A stretch of DNA of 64,000 bases from Nitrospirales bacterium (lineage in GTDB: Bacteria > Nitrospirota > Nitrospiria > Nitrospirales > UBA8639). The number at the start of each line of letters is the position of its first letter. The stretch's first letter is position 1. The stretch lies in the NCBI GenBank assembly GCA_963422365.1, contig OY729426.1, positions 288,001 through 352,000 on the forward strand, given 5' to 3'. Shown here piece by piece: positions 21,559 through 35,161 of the stretch. The translations under genes and the position numbers were made by a program. Under the pieces are notes generated by a model, which ran no database searches, was not told the origin of the DNA, and saw nothing but the letters and a program-made list of their open reading frames with translations.

Positions 21559-22735
21559 ATGAGCAGCCGACGCTTGCAAATTACACTGCAACCGGACGTG
21601 CTGCGGTGGGCGCGAGTGAGGGCCGGCTTCAGTCCGGAGCAACTGGCGGATAAACTCGCTGTACAGTCGGAGCGTGTGCAGGAGTGGGAACAGTCCGGCA
21701 AAATCAGCATTGCCCAGGCGGATAGGCTTGCCCAACGCACCCATACGCCTCTGGGCTTTCTGTACCTGACAGAACCGCCTGAGGACCACTTGCCAATACC
21801 CGATTTCCGAACTCGGAACGATGGCACGCCGCCACGGCCGAGTCCGGACCTGCTTGAAACCGTGGAGACCATGCAGCGTCGGCAAGCCTGGATGCACGAT
21901 GAACTCATTGAAGATGGAGCCGAACCTCTCAACTTCGTTGGAGCCTACGGAACAACCGATGCCCATCCCCGGCAAGTAGCCATGGCCATGCGTGATGCGC
22001 TGCAACTGGACGACAACTGGGCCTCGCAAGTGTCCACCTGGACCGATGCGCTGAGGGTTCTACGGGATCAAGCCGAAGATGCCGGTGTCCTGGTCGTTTT
22101 CAATGGCATCGTGGGAAACCACACGCGACGCAAGCTTGATCCTGATGAGTTTCAAGGCTTTGCTCTCGTTGACAAGTATGCCCCCCCTCACCTTTGTGAA
22201 CAGTGCTGACTTCAAGGCAGCGCAGATGTTCACCCTCGCCCACGAGCTGGCGCACCTCTTTGTCGGAGAGACCGGTCTCTCCATCTTCAAAGACTTTCAG
22301 CCAACGCCTCATGTCACAGAGCGTTTCTGCAACCGGACGGCTGCTGAGTTCCTGGTGCCGGAGGAAGATTTACACGATTTCTGGACTACCGCCAAGCGAA
22401 CACGTGAGCCTTATCAGGCCATTGCGCACAGGTTCAAGGTGAGTTCTCTTGTGGCCGTGCGGCGTACTCTCGATCTCAACTTAATCGACACGAATGAATT
22501 TTTCAGGTTCTACCAAGAATATAAGGACACGAAGTGGCACAGCAAACGGCATGACGGGGCCAGTGGCGGCGATTTTTGGAACACTCAAAAATGGCGCATA
22601 GGCCCACGCTTTGGCACCGCAGTCATCCGCGCGGTCAAGGAAGGGCGTCTGCTCTATCGGAAAGCGTATACCCTCACTGGCCTGAAAGGAAATACCTTTG
22701 AAAGAATGCCGGAAAAGATGGGAATGCGGCTTTGA
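21559..22735 (+). pseudogene. XRE-HTH plus ImmA/IrrE metallopeptidase, frameshift in C7 run at 22181-22187
   Basis: LRWAR..AG HTH, PDFRT, FTLAHELAH (HExxH). Confidence 0.85.
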
Positions 22736-22756
22736 TGAACCAAGCCCGCACATTGT

Positions 22757-23267
22757 GTGTTAGATACGAACATCTTCGTAGAGGCGCACCGTCGCTACTA
22801 CGCACAAGACCTGTGCCCCGGGTTCTGGGAATGCTTGACTCACTATTGCCGTGAAGGACGAGTGTTGAGCATTGATCGAGTTCGTGACGAATTGATGGAA
22901 GGACCAAGTGATCAGGATAATCCGGACAAGTTGGTTGAATGGGTGAAGACCACACCGAACGATCTGTTCAAACCATCAGCGGAGCAGTCGGTCATAGAGG
23001 CTTTCGAGGAAATGATGAACTGGGTCAAGGGCAATGCGCAGTTTCGACCTGAAGCGAAAACGGAATTCGCAAACGTAGCTGATGGATGGGTGGCTGCATA
23101 CGCCAAGGTCTAACGCCATCGTGATTACTCATGAGGTATTCAACGTAGCGGTAAGGAAACGAGTGCCTCTGCCCAATGTCTGCCAACAGTTCGATCTTCG
23201 TTACCAAGACACCTTTAAGATGCTGCGCGAACTTGAAGTAAATTTTCAGTGGAGGCGGTTCCCGTGA
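22757..23267 (+). pseudogene. DUF4411 PIN-like protein, frameshifted near 23110
   Basis: LDTNIFVEA..YY..CPGFW, ADGWVAAYA, then ITHE...PNVC in another frame. Confidence 0.8.
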
Positions 23268-26200
23268 CCACCGATACCAGCGAACAAGGCCTCGAGCGCC
23301 TCATCGTCGCCGCGTTGACAGGCAGCAGCGCGGGCCCCTCAAGCCGGCGACGAATTCGTTCATGATCCCCATGGGACCTACGGCGGCGCGGGTTACGTAC
23401 CAGGGAATTCCAACGACTACGACCGCGACCATGCCGTGGATCTGGTCAAGCTCCTGGACTTTTTTCACAAGACCCAACCCCGAGTGATTGAGCAACTGGG
23501 CTTACAAGAAGACGGCCCTAGGCGACAGCAGTTTCTCGCTCGCGTCCAAGCCGAAATCGGCAAGCGCGGCGTGGTCGACGTGCTGCGCCACGGGGTGAAG
23601 CACGGCCCGGCCCACGTGGAACTGTTTTACGGATCGCCGTCACCCGACAATCCGACGGCAATCGAACGGTTTGCCGCCAACATCTTCAGCGTAACCCGGC
23701 AACTCCGCTACAGCAAGGATGAGACTCAGCTTGCGCTCGACCTCGCGTTGTTCATCAACGGTCTGCCCGTCGCCACGTTCGAACTGAAGAACCGGCTTAC
23801 CAAGCAGACCGTTGCCGATGCCGTGCAACAGTACACGCGCGACCGTGATCCGCGTGCGCTGCTGTTTCAGTTTGGCCGCTGCCTGGTCCATTTTGCCGTG
23901 GATGATCAGGAAGTCCGGTTCTGCACGCACTTGAAAGGGAAGGAGTCATGGTTTTTACCCTTCAACCAAGGCTGGAACGACGGGGCGGGAAATCCACCGA
24001 ATCCTCACGGGGTGAAGACCGATTATCTCTGGCGCACCATTCTCACGCGTGAGGGGCTCACGGATATTATTGAAAACTACGCGCAAATCGTGGAGGAGAA
24101 GGACAAGCGCACTGGACGAAAGCAACGCAACCAGATTTTCCCACGCTTTCACCAACTCGACGTCGTACGGAGGCTTTTGGCCTCCATCCCTTCACAGGGG
24201 GTCGGCCACCGCTATCTTATCCAACATTCGGCGGGAAGCGGCAAAAGCCATTCCATCACTTGGCTTGCGCATCAATTAGTGGGATTGGAACACAACCGTT
24301 CCCCACTCTTCGACTCGGTCATCGTCATCACGGACCGCACCGTGCTGGACAAACAGATTCGGGACACCATCAAGCAGTTCGCTCAAGTGGCGGCGACGAT
24401 CGGACATGCCACGCATTCAGGCGATTTGCGAACCTTTGTCGCTAGCGGCAAGAAAATCATCATCACGACCGTGCAGAAATTTCCCTTGATCCTTGACGAG
24501 ATCGGGAACGAACATCGTGGACGAAGGTTTGCCATCCTGATTGACGAAGCGCACTCCAGCCAAGGCGGACGAACGGCCGCGAAGATGAACGTCGCATTGT
24601 CGGCAGAAGGCGTTCAAGACAAGGAGGAAACGACTGAAGACGCGATCAACCGCATGATGGAATCGCGGAAGATGCTGCCCAATGCCAGCTACTTTGCCTT
24701 TACCGCCACGCCGAAGCATAAAACCCTCGCAGTCTTCGGCGAAGCGTATCAGGAGGGAGACACCATCAAGCATCGGCCTTTCCATGCTTACACCATCAAG
24801 CAGGCGATCCAGGAGGGATTTATCCTTGACGTGTTACGACACTATACCCCCGTGGACAGCTATTACCGTCTGATGAAGACCGTGGCGGACGACCCGGCGT
24901 TTGACACGAAGACGGCGCAGAAGAAACTGCGGCGGTACGTCGAGTCGCACCAATATGCCATCCGCGCGAAAGCAGAAATCATGGTTGACCATTTCCATCA
25001 GCAGGTTTTGGCGAGACACAAGATCGCTGGAAAAGCCCGTGCGATGGTCGTAACCGGAAGCATTCAGCGCGCGATTCACTATTTTCACGCCTTCCACGAG
25101 TATCTGAGAGAGCGGAAGAGTCCGTGGCGGGCTCTCGTCGCCTTTTCCGGGGAACACGACGATGACGGCCGGAAGGTCACGGAGGCTTCGCTCAACGGCT
25201 TCCCCGGCCATACGATTACGACTCGTATTCAGGAAGATCCATATCGCTTTCTGATCTGCGCCGATAAATTCCAAACCGGCTACGATGAACCGTTGCTGCA
25301 CACGATGTACGTGGACAAGATTCTCTCCGGCATCAAGGCGGTGCAGACGCTCTCCCGCCTCAACCGCGCGCACCCGAAGAAGCATGACACGTTCGTACTG
25401 GATTTCATGAACGATTCAGATACAATCCAAGCGGCTTTTGAAGACTACTACCGCACCACGATCCTCGCCGGCGAGACCGATCCGAACAAGCTCCATGATC
25501 TCAAAGCCATCCTCGATGGCTGCCACGTCTGCGACAACACAGCGATTGATCTGTTCGTTGAACGGTACCTCGATGGGGCTGATCGTGACCGACTCGATCC
25601 GATCCTCGATGCCTGTGTCGAGACCTACATCAACACACTGGATGAAGATGGCCAGGTTGTCTTCAAAGGCCATGCGAAAGCCTTTGTGCGGACCTACGAG
25701 TTTCTCGCCGCGATCTTGCCCTTCACCAATTCGGCTTGGGAAAAACTGTCCATTTTCCTGAGCTTTTTAATTCCAAAACTCCCGGCTCCTCAGGAGGAAA
25801 ACCTTTCCACCGGTCTTCTTGAGTCCATCGACATGGACGGCTACCGGGTTGAGGTCCGGTCGACCATGGCTGTGACCCTTGCCGATGAAGACGCCGAAAT
25901 CGAGCCGATTCCCACGAGGAGCGTCAGTGGGAAACCCGAAGCGGAACTCGATCATCTCAGTCACATTCTTCGCAGCTTCAACGAGCAATTCGGCAACATT
26001 GACTGGAAAGACGCCGACAAGATTCGACGAGTCATTACCGTGGACATTCCCGCGAAAGTTGCCGCGAATACCGCCTATCAAAACGCGATGAAACATTCGG
26101 ATAAGCAGAATGCCCGAATCGAACACGACACCGTTCTTCAGGAGGTCATCATCGATCTGATGACGGACCACACGGAACTGTTTAAACAATTTAGTGACAA

Positions 26201-26270
26201 CCCGTCATTTAAGAAGTGGCTGGCCGATACGATCTTCCGAGAAACCTATCTCCCACGAGGGCCCTCGTGA
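23264..26270 (+). CDS. hsdR: Type I restriction subunit (locus 1), with an N-terminal frameshift near 23340
   Basis: MTTDTSEQGLE start at GTG 23264 is out of frame with the 944-aa body; D..FINGLP..ELK, HSAGSGKS, DEAH, FTATP, QTLSRLNR. Confidence 0.9.
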
Positions 26271-26322
26271 CCTTCTTCCTCAATGGAGAAGGAATGTAAA
26301 GGCTGGGACTGATTGCTGGGGA

Positions 26323-26706
26323 TCAGGAATTGAGCAGGTATTGCCGGATGAGGGAAAGCAGTTCATCTTCTTCGACTGTTCCTTCACGGGTCAGAAGCAA
26401 GTTCCCTCGAGAATAGAGATGCGTGGTGGGGTACGTTTCAAACTGATGCTGTTTTTTCATTTTCCGGCACCGGCCAGGCACGTGCATCTTGGCCTTTCCA
26501 ATGCGAACGGTGGGAAGCTTTCGGGCAACCGCTGCCAAGATGGGATCATAGGCCGCACAGGGTTCGCAGGAGGCAATGCCATAGGCAACCACGGTTGCTT
26601 CCGCCCCCTTGAATTCTTCGTAATTTTCGTCAGTGACGTTTTCTACGGTTCCGGCCACTTGGATCCGTTTCTTGTTGGTGTCCTCAAAAATCAAGGGGGA
26701 TCCCAT
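26323..26706 (-). CDS. Thioredoxin-like protein
   Basis: CEPC motif, YPT cis-Pro loop. Confidence 0.75.
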   Translation of the reverse strand: MGSPLIFEDTNKKRIQVAGTVENVTDENYEEFKGAEATVVAYGIASCEPCAAYDPILAAVARKLPTVRIGKAKMHVPGRCRKMKKQHQFETYPTTHLYSRGNLLLTREGTVEEDELLSLIRQYLLNS

Positions 26707-26745
26707 GTTCGTGGAATCCCCCTTCAACACGTCTCAACGCGACCG

Positions 26746-27216
26746 TTAGCTTAACTGTTTCAATACGTCCAAAATCTCTTTGTCATCCCGAGCCGTTTTG
26801 ATTTCCTGCACTTTGACATAGGCCGCCTTGCCTTCTTTATCCACAATCACCGTCGCTCGTTTGGAACAATTGAGGTCCGGAAAATACAATCCATAGGCCT
26901 TGCAGACCGTACGATGCATATCGGCTAACAAGGTGTGTTTCAACTCGAGTGAGTCGGCCCAGGCCTTATGAGAAAAAAAGCTATCCGTGCTGATACCGAA
27001 CACTTCGGCATTGGCATCGGAAAAGCTCGGAAAATCGTCCGTCAAACATTTATTTTCACCCGTACAGACCGGACTCCAATCCAGGGGATAAAAGGCCAAG
27101 ACCACATTCTTCTGACCCTTAAAACTACTCAGCGTGACCTCGTTCCCATCCTGGTTCTTCAGGGTAAAATCGGGAGCCGCATCGCCAACTTTTATTTCCG
27201 AAGCAACATCAGACAT
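26746..27216 (-). CDS. Peroxiredoxin (AhpC/TSA, AhpE-like)
   Basis: [22 protein letters not shown]. Confidence 0.92.
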   Translation of the reverse strand: MSDVASEIKVGDAAPDFTLKNQDGNEVTLSSFKGQKNVVLAFYPLDWSPVCTGENKCLTDDFPSFSDANAEVFGISTDSFFSHKAWADSLELKHTLLADMHRTVCKAYGLYFPDLNCSKRATVIVDKEGKAAYVKVQEIKTARDDKEILDVLKQLS

Positions 27217-27413
27217 CAAACAGCCTCCTTCTTGAATTCGTTATGAGAGAAATGGGCAGAACGCCCATTCTGCGTTGTTTACAGAATGTTTTCTGTAGCA
27301 CGTCCCTTAAAAGTTTGTCAACCAGGCAGAGGCGCTTGTCTTTTGCATCAACCAAGGGTATCGTAAATTCATATAAGCCCTATCCACTAGAGAAACAACC
27401 TCTGAACTTGACA

Positions 27414-29780
27414 ATGCCCACGTTGAAGTCTCGACTCCAAGCTTCAGGAACCCGCCATCTGACAAAATCCCTCCTGTGGCCTGCATTGATTGTCAGCGGG
27501 CTGACGGTCGGAGGAGCAGGGGCGTTGGCCTGGCATCTCGCAAAAGGGCTTCCCTCGCTCGATGGGCTCCGGGAGTACCAGCCAAGCCTGATTACAAAGG
27601 TGGAGGCGGATAACCGTCAGGTTATAGGACAATTCTATGTGGAACGCAGAATTTTAACCCCTCTGCATGAAGTCCCCCAGCATTTAATCAACGCCGTCAT
27701 TGCAGTCGAAGATGCCCGGTTTTTCGAGCACCCGGGCTTGGACGTCTGGGGTATCTTTCGAGCCGCATGGACGAATTTCAAACGTGGAGGAAAGGTTGAA
27801 GGCGCCAGTACGATTACCCAACAACTGGCAAGATCCCTGTTTTTAACCACGGAACGGACCTTCCAGCGCAAAATACGGGAACTCTTTCTTGCCATGAAAA
27901 TGGAATTCATTCTGACGAAGGAACAAATTCTCGAGATGTATTTCAATCAGATCTACTTCGGCCATGGGGCCTATGGGGTTGGCACCGCGTCCTTAACGTA
28001 TTTTGGCAAAGAGTTATCTGAATTAAGGCTACCAGAGTCAGCATTTCTCGCCGGACTGCTGAAGGCCCCCAATACCTATTCCCCTTACAAAAACTACGAC
28101 CTCGCGAAGAAACGCCAGGAACACGTACTGAGAAGGATGGTCCAAGCCGGCTTTCTGACGCAGTCCCTTGCCCGGGAGACGAGCGCGACCCCGCTGTCCT
28201 TTACCCGTCAATCCTTCGAACGCGTGGCCCCGTATTTTCTTGAAGACGTCCGCCAGCACCTGGTCAACGAATACGGTGAGGCCATGGCGTATAAAGGAGG
28301 GCTGCGGGTTTCCACAACCCTGAATATTCAGATGCAACACCGCGCCGAGGAGGCCTTAAGGAAGGGGCTGCGCGAACTCGATAAACGACAGGGTTGGCGC
28401 GGACCGATCCGTCATGAAGATCCACCGGCAATGCTTCCGGAAAAGCCCACCGCCGACTTCCCTGCGTTTGGGGAAATCATGGAAGGCCTTGTCGTGAACG
28501 TCTCCCAAAAGGAAGTCACGGTCTTGGTGCATGACCTGATCGGCACCATCACCTTATCGGACATGCGATGGGCGAAACGTCGGATCCCCGAAGGAGCGTC
28601 AGTCAGCGAAGCGAGCGTGATTCCCATCACCTCGGCCCGGCAATTGGTCCGGCCGGGAGACGTAATAGAAGTCTCGTTGAAATCGACCCGCAACAATACG
28701 ATCCGATTCCGTCTGGATCAAACTCCCCTGGTCGAAGGAGCGCTCATTGCGATCGATCCCAGAACCGGCGCGGTTCGAGCGATGGTCGGTGGGTATCATT
28801 TCAAACGGAGTCAATTCAACCGCGCCTTATTGGCCATTCGGCAACCCGGGTCCGCTTTCAAACCGATCATTTATGCCACAGCCATCGATCAAGGCCTGAC
28901 GCCCGCCACGCTCATTCTCGATGCTCCCGTGGTGTATAGACAAGAAGAGCCTGGAAAAACCTGGAAACCGGAAAACTATGAAAAACGCTTTTTCGGCCCG
29001 ATCACCGTACGAGAAGCCTTACGCCACTCCAGAAACGCAGCGACGATCCGCTTGCTCGAACAAACAGGCATTCGCCGCGTCATCAATTTTTCACGCTCCC
29101 TCGGCATTCAAAGCCCATTAAGCCCGGACCTGTCATTGGCGCTCGGCTCTTCAGGCCTGACGCTTCAAGAGCTCACCGCGACATATGGTGTATTTGCCAA
29201 CCAGGGACTTGCGTTGGAACCCTATACTATTTCTCTGATCAGAGATCAGCAAGACAACATTTTGGAACAACACGTCTTCGAACCCCGGCAAGCCGTCTCC
29301 AAAGAAACCGCCTATTTGATTACGCACATGATGATGGATGTCATTCAAAGTGGAACAGGCAAACGAGCGCGCTCAATCGGGCAGCCCCTGGCCGGCAAAA
29401 CCGGCACCACAAACAGCTACCGCGATGCGTGGTTTCTCGGATATGCTCCGAATCTCGTCACCGGCGTATGGGTAGGATTCGACAGCATGGGAACGCTCGG
29501 AAAAATGGAGTCCGGAGCCCATGCCGCACTTCCCATCTGGAAAGACTTCATGACGGAAGCACTCAAAATGCTGCCCGTCATGACTTTCTCGGTTCCGGAT
29601 GGGATTCAGTTTGTCGAAGTCGACCGACAAACCGGCACCCTTGCCAACAAGCCGTCAAAACGCACCAGAACTGAAGTCTTTGCGGACGGAACGATTCCTC
29701 AACACCCCAGCCGCCGTCCGGTTGATCCCTTGGATTTCTATGAATTCGATCAACTCGAGCAGACTGTCGAAACCCAGTAG
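27414..29780 (+). CDS. mrcA: Penicillin-binding protein 1A
   Basis: EDARF, GASTITQQL, RK..E; SAFK, SRN, KTG transpeptidase motifs; start uncertain. Confidence 0.93.
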   Translation: MPTLKSRLQASGTRHLTKSLLWPALIVSGLTVGGAGALAWHLAKGLPSLDGLREYQPSLITKVEADNRQVIGQFYVERRILTPLHEVPQHLINAVIAVEDARFFEHPGLDVWGIFRAAWTNFKRGGKVEGASTITQQLARSLFLTTERTFQRKIRELFLAMKMEFILTKEQILEMYFNQIYFGHGAYGVGTASLTYFGKELSELRLPESAFLAGLLKAPNTYSPYKNYDLAKKRQEHVLRRMVQAGFLTQSLARETSATPLSFTRQSFERVAPYFLEDVRQHLVNEYGEAMAYKGGLRVSTTLNIQMQHRAEEALRKGLRELDKRQGWRGPIRHEDPPAMLPEKPTADFPAFGEIMEGLVVNVSQKEVTVLVHDLIGTITLSDMRWAKRRIPEGASVSEASVIPITSARQLVRPGDVIEVSLKSTRNNTIRFRLDQTPLVEGALIAIDPRTGAVRAMVGGYHFKRSQFNRALLAIRQPGSAFKPIIYATAIDQGLTPATLILDAPVVYRQEEPGKTWKPENYEKRFFGPITVREALRHSRNAATIRLLEQTGIRRVINFSRSLGIQSPLSPDLSLALGSSGLTLQELTATYGVFANQGLALEPYTISLIRDQQDNILEQHVFEPRQAVSKETAYLITHMMMDVIQSGTGKRARSIGQPLAGKTGTTNSYRDAWFLGYAPNLVTGVWVGFDSMGTLGKMESGAHAALPIWKDFMTEALKMLPVMTFSVPDGIQFVEVDRQTGTLANKPSKRTRTEVFADGTIPQHPSRRPVDPLDFYEFDQLEQTVETQ

Positions 29781-29856
29781 GGGCGGAAGAGGACAAGGAG
29801 TTGCCTCCCGAGGTTTGCCGTTTGGCAGCGTTCCGATTGTCTGCTAGAAAAGAAGT

Positions 29857-31514
<1,658 letters not shown>

Positions 31515-31515
<1 letters not shown>

Positions 31516-32630
31516 TGGTGGCCATCCACTATCATGCCGGACGGTTTCCGCCCGATGACCGCATCGATTGGCAGAAGCTGGTCCCGTTCATCGGGTCGGC
31601 GGCTGCGGCGCTGGCCCGCTACGACGGGATGCTGGCGGCCATTCCCAACCCCGGTGTTCTGCCGGCGCCGCTATCCACCCAGGAAGCCGTGCTTTCCTCG
31701 CGAATCGAAGGCACTCAGGCCACCATGGGGGAGGTGCTGGAGTTCGAGGCAGGACGGGAACCCGACTCGCCCGCGCGCCGCAAGGACATCCAGGAGGTGC
31801 TGAACTACCGCAGCGCCATGCGGCAGGCGGAAAAATTATTGGAAGACCTGCCGTTGTCTCAGCGCGTTATCCGCGAGGTCCACACGGTTCTGCTCGCAGG
31901 AGTGCACGGCGAGGGGAAGTCCCCCGGCGAATTTCGGCGCATTCCCAACTGGATCGGACCGCCTGGCTGCACCATTGATGACGCCACATTCGTGCCCATC
32001 GGGGCGGACAAGCTCCCAAGCGCGATGAGCATATGGGAACGCTGCATCCACGAGGGCGCCCCGGACCAGCTGGTGCAACTGGCGGTTCTGCACGCCGAGT
32101 TCGAGGCCCTGCACCCGTTCCTGGACGGCAACGGTCGCCTGGTACGCATGTTCGTGTCCTTGTTCCTGTGGCAAACCGGCCTCATCCGGGCGCCGGTATT
32201 CTATATCAGCGCCTGGTTCGAGGCGCGGCGCGACGCCTATTATGACCGCTTGCTCGCCGTCTCCCGTGACGATGACTGGACCGGCTGGTGCCGCTTTTTC
32301 CTCGAAGCGGTGCAGTCCCAGGCGAAGGACAATCTGACCAAGGCGCAGGGCATTATCAACCTGTACAACCGCATGAAAGGCGACGTGCCCAATCTGACCC
32401 ATTCCCTGTACGCCATTCGCGCTCTGGACTGGATATTCGAACGCCCCATCTTCAGGAGCGCCGATTTCGTGGATGCCGAGGGCATCTCGCAGGCTACGGC
32501 GCGGCGGATTCTGAAAATCCTGCGTGAGAGCGGCATACTCAGGGTCGTTGTCGAAGGACAGGGACGCCGGGCCGCGGTACTGGTTTTCCCCGAACTATTG
32601 AACATCGTGGATGGAGAAAACGCATTTTGA
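31515..32630 (+). CDS. Fic-family protein
   Basis: EAVLSSRIEGT, HPFLDGNGRLVR, C-terminal HTH. Confidence 0.92.
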
Positions 32631-32788
32631 TGCTCACTTGTGAGACATAACCGGGTTTGTGAATCGGTTTATGAGAAAAAACGACACACAACCCGTCTTG
32701 TCGCTCATTCATGAGCAGCAACACAGCGTCATCGGGGATCGACAGGAACGAGGAATAACAATCGACACGGACATGATCGAGGCGTCGA

Positions 32789-35161
32789 ATGATGACTGAC
32801 CGGCTGCATCTTGAGCCGAGGCACCGCCACGTGCTGGAAGCGCTGTTGCTGGAGCACCTGCCCGGCGTTGATGCCTGGGCCTATGGCAGCCGCGTCAATG
32901 GCCGAAGCCACGACGGCAGCGACCTCGACCTGGTATTACGCAGCCCCGGTCTCGTCAAAATTGACCCCTCGCAACTCGCCGAATTCAACGAAGCCGTACA
33001 GGAGTCCACCGTCCCCTTTCTCGTAGAAGCGCGGGATTGGGCGCGGCTGCCGGAGAGCTTTCAGCGTGAGATCGAGCGGAAGCATGTGGTGTTGGTGGGG
33101 AAGGATCAAGGTGCGGCAGACGACTGGCAATCGATGCCACTTGGCGACTGTATTACGATAAACGCTTCCACCTATGCGCCGAACGAAGCTTGGCCTTTCA
33201 TCAACTATCTTGACACCGGCAACATCACGCAGAATCGGATAGACGAAATTCAGTGTCTGCTTCCCGGACAGGACAAGATACCCAGCCGCGCGCGTCGGAA
33301 AGTGCAGCCGGGTGACATCGTATACTCGACGGTTCGCCCAAATCAGAAGCATTTCGGCCTGTTGAAGAATGTCCCGGAGAATTTTCTGGCTTCAACAGGT
33401 TTTACCGTCATCAGAGGAAAGAACGGCTTAGCAGACACGGATTTCGTCTACTGGTTTTTGGCGCAAGACCATGTTGTCAATCGTCTGCATACCATTGCCG
33501 AGCACAGCACGTCGGCATATCCGTCAATTAGACCGGCAGACATCGAACAATTAAGTGTAGATTTACCACCCCTCCCTGAGCAACGCGCCATCGCCCACAT
33601 CCTCGGTACGCTGGACGACAAGATCGAGCTGAACCGCCGCATGAACGAGACGCTGGAGGCGATGGCCCGCGCCCTGTTCAAGTCCTGGTTCGTCGATTTC
33701 GACCCCGTCCGCGCCAAAGCCGCCCTGCGCCGACACCGGGAGACGGCTCACGCGAACCCCCTCCCCTTGAGGGAGGGGGCAGGGGGAGGGGAGGCCCCCG
33801 CCCCGTCAACCGGCCGCTCCATGCGCGAGGGAGTCCCCCCACCCCAGCCCTCCCCCTCAAGGGGGGAGGGAGAGGAGGCGGACCAAGCCCTCCGATGGGA
33901 GGCTATCCGGCGCAGCTACAGCCCTCGGACCATCAAGCACGCCAAAATCCTCCGCCAGAACCAGACCGACGCAGAAGGGCTGCTGTGGCACTACCTCCGC
34001 AACAAGCAATTAGGCGGCCACAAGTTCCGCCGCCAGCAGCCCATCGGCCCCTACATCGCCGATTTCGCGTGCCTGTCCGAAAAGCTGCTGATCGAACTCG
34101 ATGGCAGCCAACACGCGGAACGGAAGACACACGACGAAGAACGGGATGCCTTTCTGCGTCAGGCCGGCTACCGAATCCTCCGCTTCTGGAACAATGAAGT
34201 GTTCGAGAACTGCTTCGGGGTGTTGGAGAGTATTTATGCCGCCCTGCATCCCCACCCGTCCTTCGCGGCGGAACCACAGCCACCACGATTCCCTCCCTTT
34301 GAGGAGCAGCTACCCCCGCAATCCTCTCCCTTTGAAGGGGAGCCGCCGCCACGATTCCCTCCCCCTTTGAGGGGGAGGGTCAGGGTGGGGGGAGACCCCT
34401 CCCCGAAAGACTCACGTCTTTCGACCCTCCCTCAAGGGGAGAGTGATTGGACCATCGAACGCGCCTGCGCCTATCTCGACAGGATGGACCCGGAGATTGC
34501 GGCCCTGTTCCCGGACCGCTTCGTCGATTCGGAATTGGGCGAGATACCGGAGGGGTGGGAGGTGAAAACGCTGCCTGAACTGATCGAGGTTAATCCGAAT
34601 AGATCTTTAACAAAAGGCAAGCTCGCTCCGTATCTCGACATGGCAAACATGCCAACCCAAGGCCATGTACCTGAAACGGTGACTGATCGACCCTTCGGAT
34701 CCGGTATGCGGTTCGCCAACGGAGATACGCTTATTGCCCGTATCACGCCATGTCTGGAAAACGGCAAGACTGCCTATGTTGATTTTTTGCACGATGGACA
34801 GATTGGGTGGGGATCAACCGAGTATATCGTCATGAAGCCAATACATCCACTCCCGAGCGAATTCGCCTACCTCCTGGCACGGAGTGCCAGATTCCGAGAA
34901 TTCGCCATCCAGAACATGAGCGGGACTAGCGGGCGTCAGCGCGTGCCAGCCACGGCTCTGGCAGGATTCTCAACGCCTTCGCCATCTCCGCGGGTCGGCA
35001 TTGAATTTGGGCGTTCTGTCCGGTCGCTGCTTGGACGAGCTAGATATGCGGGCGATGAATCCCGTACCCTCGCTGTCCTACGCGACACGCTGCTGCCGAA
35101 ATTCATCTCCGGCGAACTGCGGGTGGAGGATGTTGAAAAGTTCATCGGGAGGGCTGTGTGA
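32789..35161 (+). CDS. hsdS: Composite HsdS: N-terminal nucleotidyltransferase, TRD1, inserted DUF559 nuclease, TRD2
   Basis: YGSR..G....SDLDL (MNT); [49 protein letters not shown] (DUF559); [23 protein letters not shown]. Confidence 0.9.
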   Translation: MMTDRLHLEPRHRHVLEALLLEHLPGVDAWAYGSRVNGRSHDGSDLDLVLRSPGLVKIDPSQLAEFNEAVQESTVPFLVEARDWARLPESFQREIERKHVVLVGKDQGAADDWQSMPLGDCITINASTYAPNEAWPFINYLDTGNITQNRIDEIQCLLPGQDKIPSRARRKVQPGDIVYSTVRPNQKHFGLLKNVPENFLASTGFTVIRGKNGLADTDFVYWFLAQDHVVNRLHTIAEHSTSAYPSIRPADIEQLSVDLPPLPEQRAIAHILGTLDDKIELNRRMNETLEAMARALFKSWFVDFDPVRAKAALRRHRETAHANPLPLREGAGGGEAPAPSTGRSMREGVPPPQPSPSRGEGEEADQALRWEAIRRSYSPRTIKHAKILRQNQTDAEGLLWHYLRNKQLGGHKFRRQQPIGPYIADFACLSEKLLIELDGSQHAERKTHDEERDAFLRQAGYRILRFWNNEVFENCFGVLESIYAALHPHPSFAAEPQPPRFPPFEEQLPPQSSPFEGEPPPRFPPPLRGRVRVGGDPSPKDSRLSTLPQGESDWTIERACAYLDRMDPEIAALFPDRFVDSELGEIPEGWEVKTLPELIEVNPNRSLTKGKLAPYLDMANMPTQGHVPETVTDRPFGSGMRFANGDTLIARITPCLENGKTAYVDFLHDGQIGWGSTEYIVMKPIHPLPSEFAYLLARSARFREFAIQNMSGTSGRQRVPATALAGFSTPSPSPRVGIEFGRSVRSLLGRARYAGDESRTLAVLRDTLLPKFISGELRVEDVEKFIGRAV
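33757..34444 (+). mobile_element. Putative repeat-flanked DUF559 module inserted in frame in hsdS
   Basis: DUF559 at ~33917-34246 with inverted repeat pairs at 33757-33791/33835-33872 and 34357-34392/34396-34444. Confidence 0.6.

Noticed and set aside
34274..34444. Possible CRISPR array
   Set aside because: Units degenerate and in frame, with no unique spacers and no cas genes; no CRISPR seen anywhere in the window
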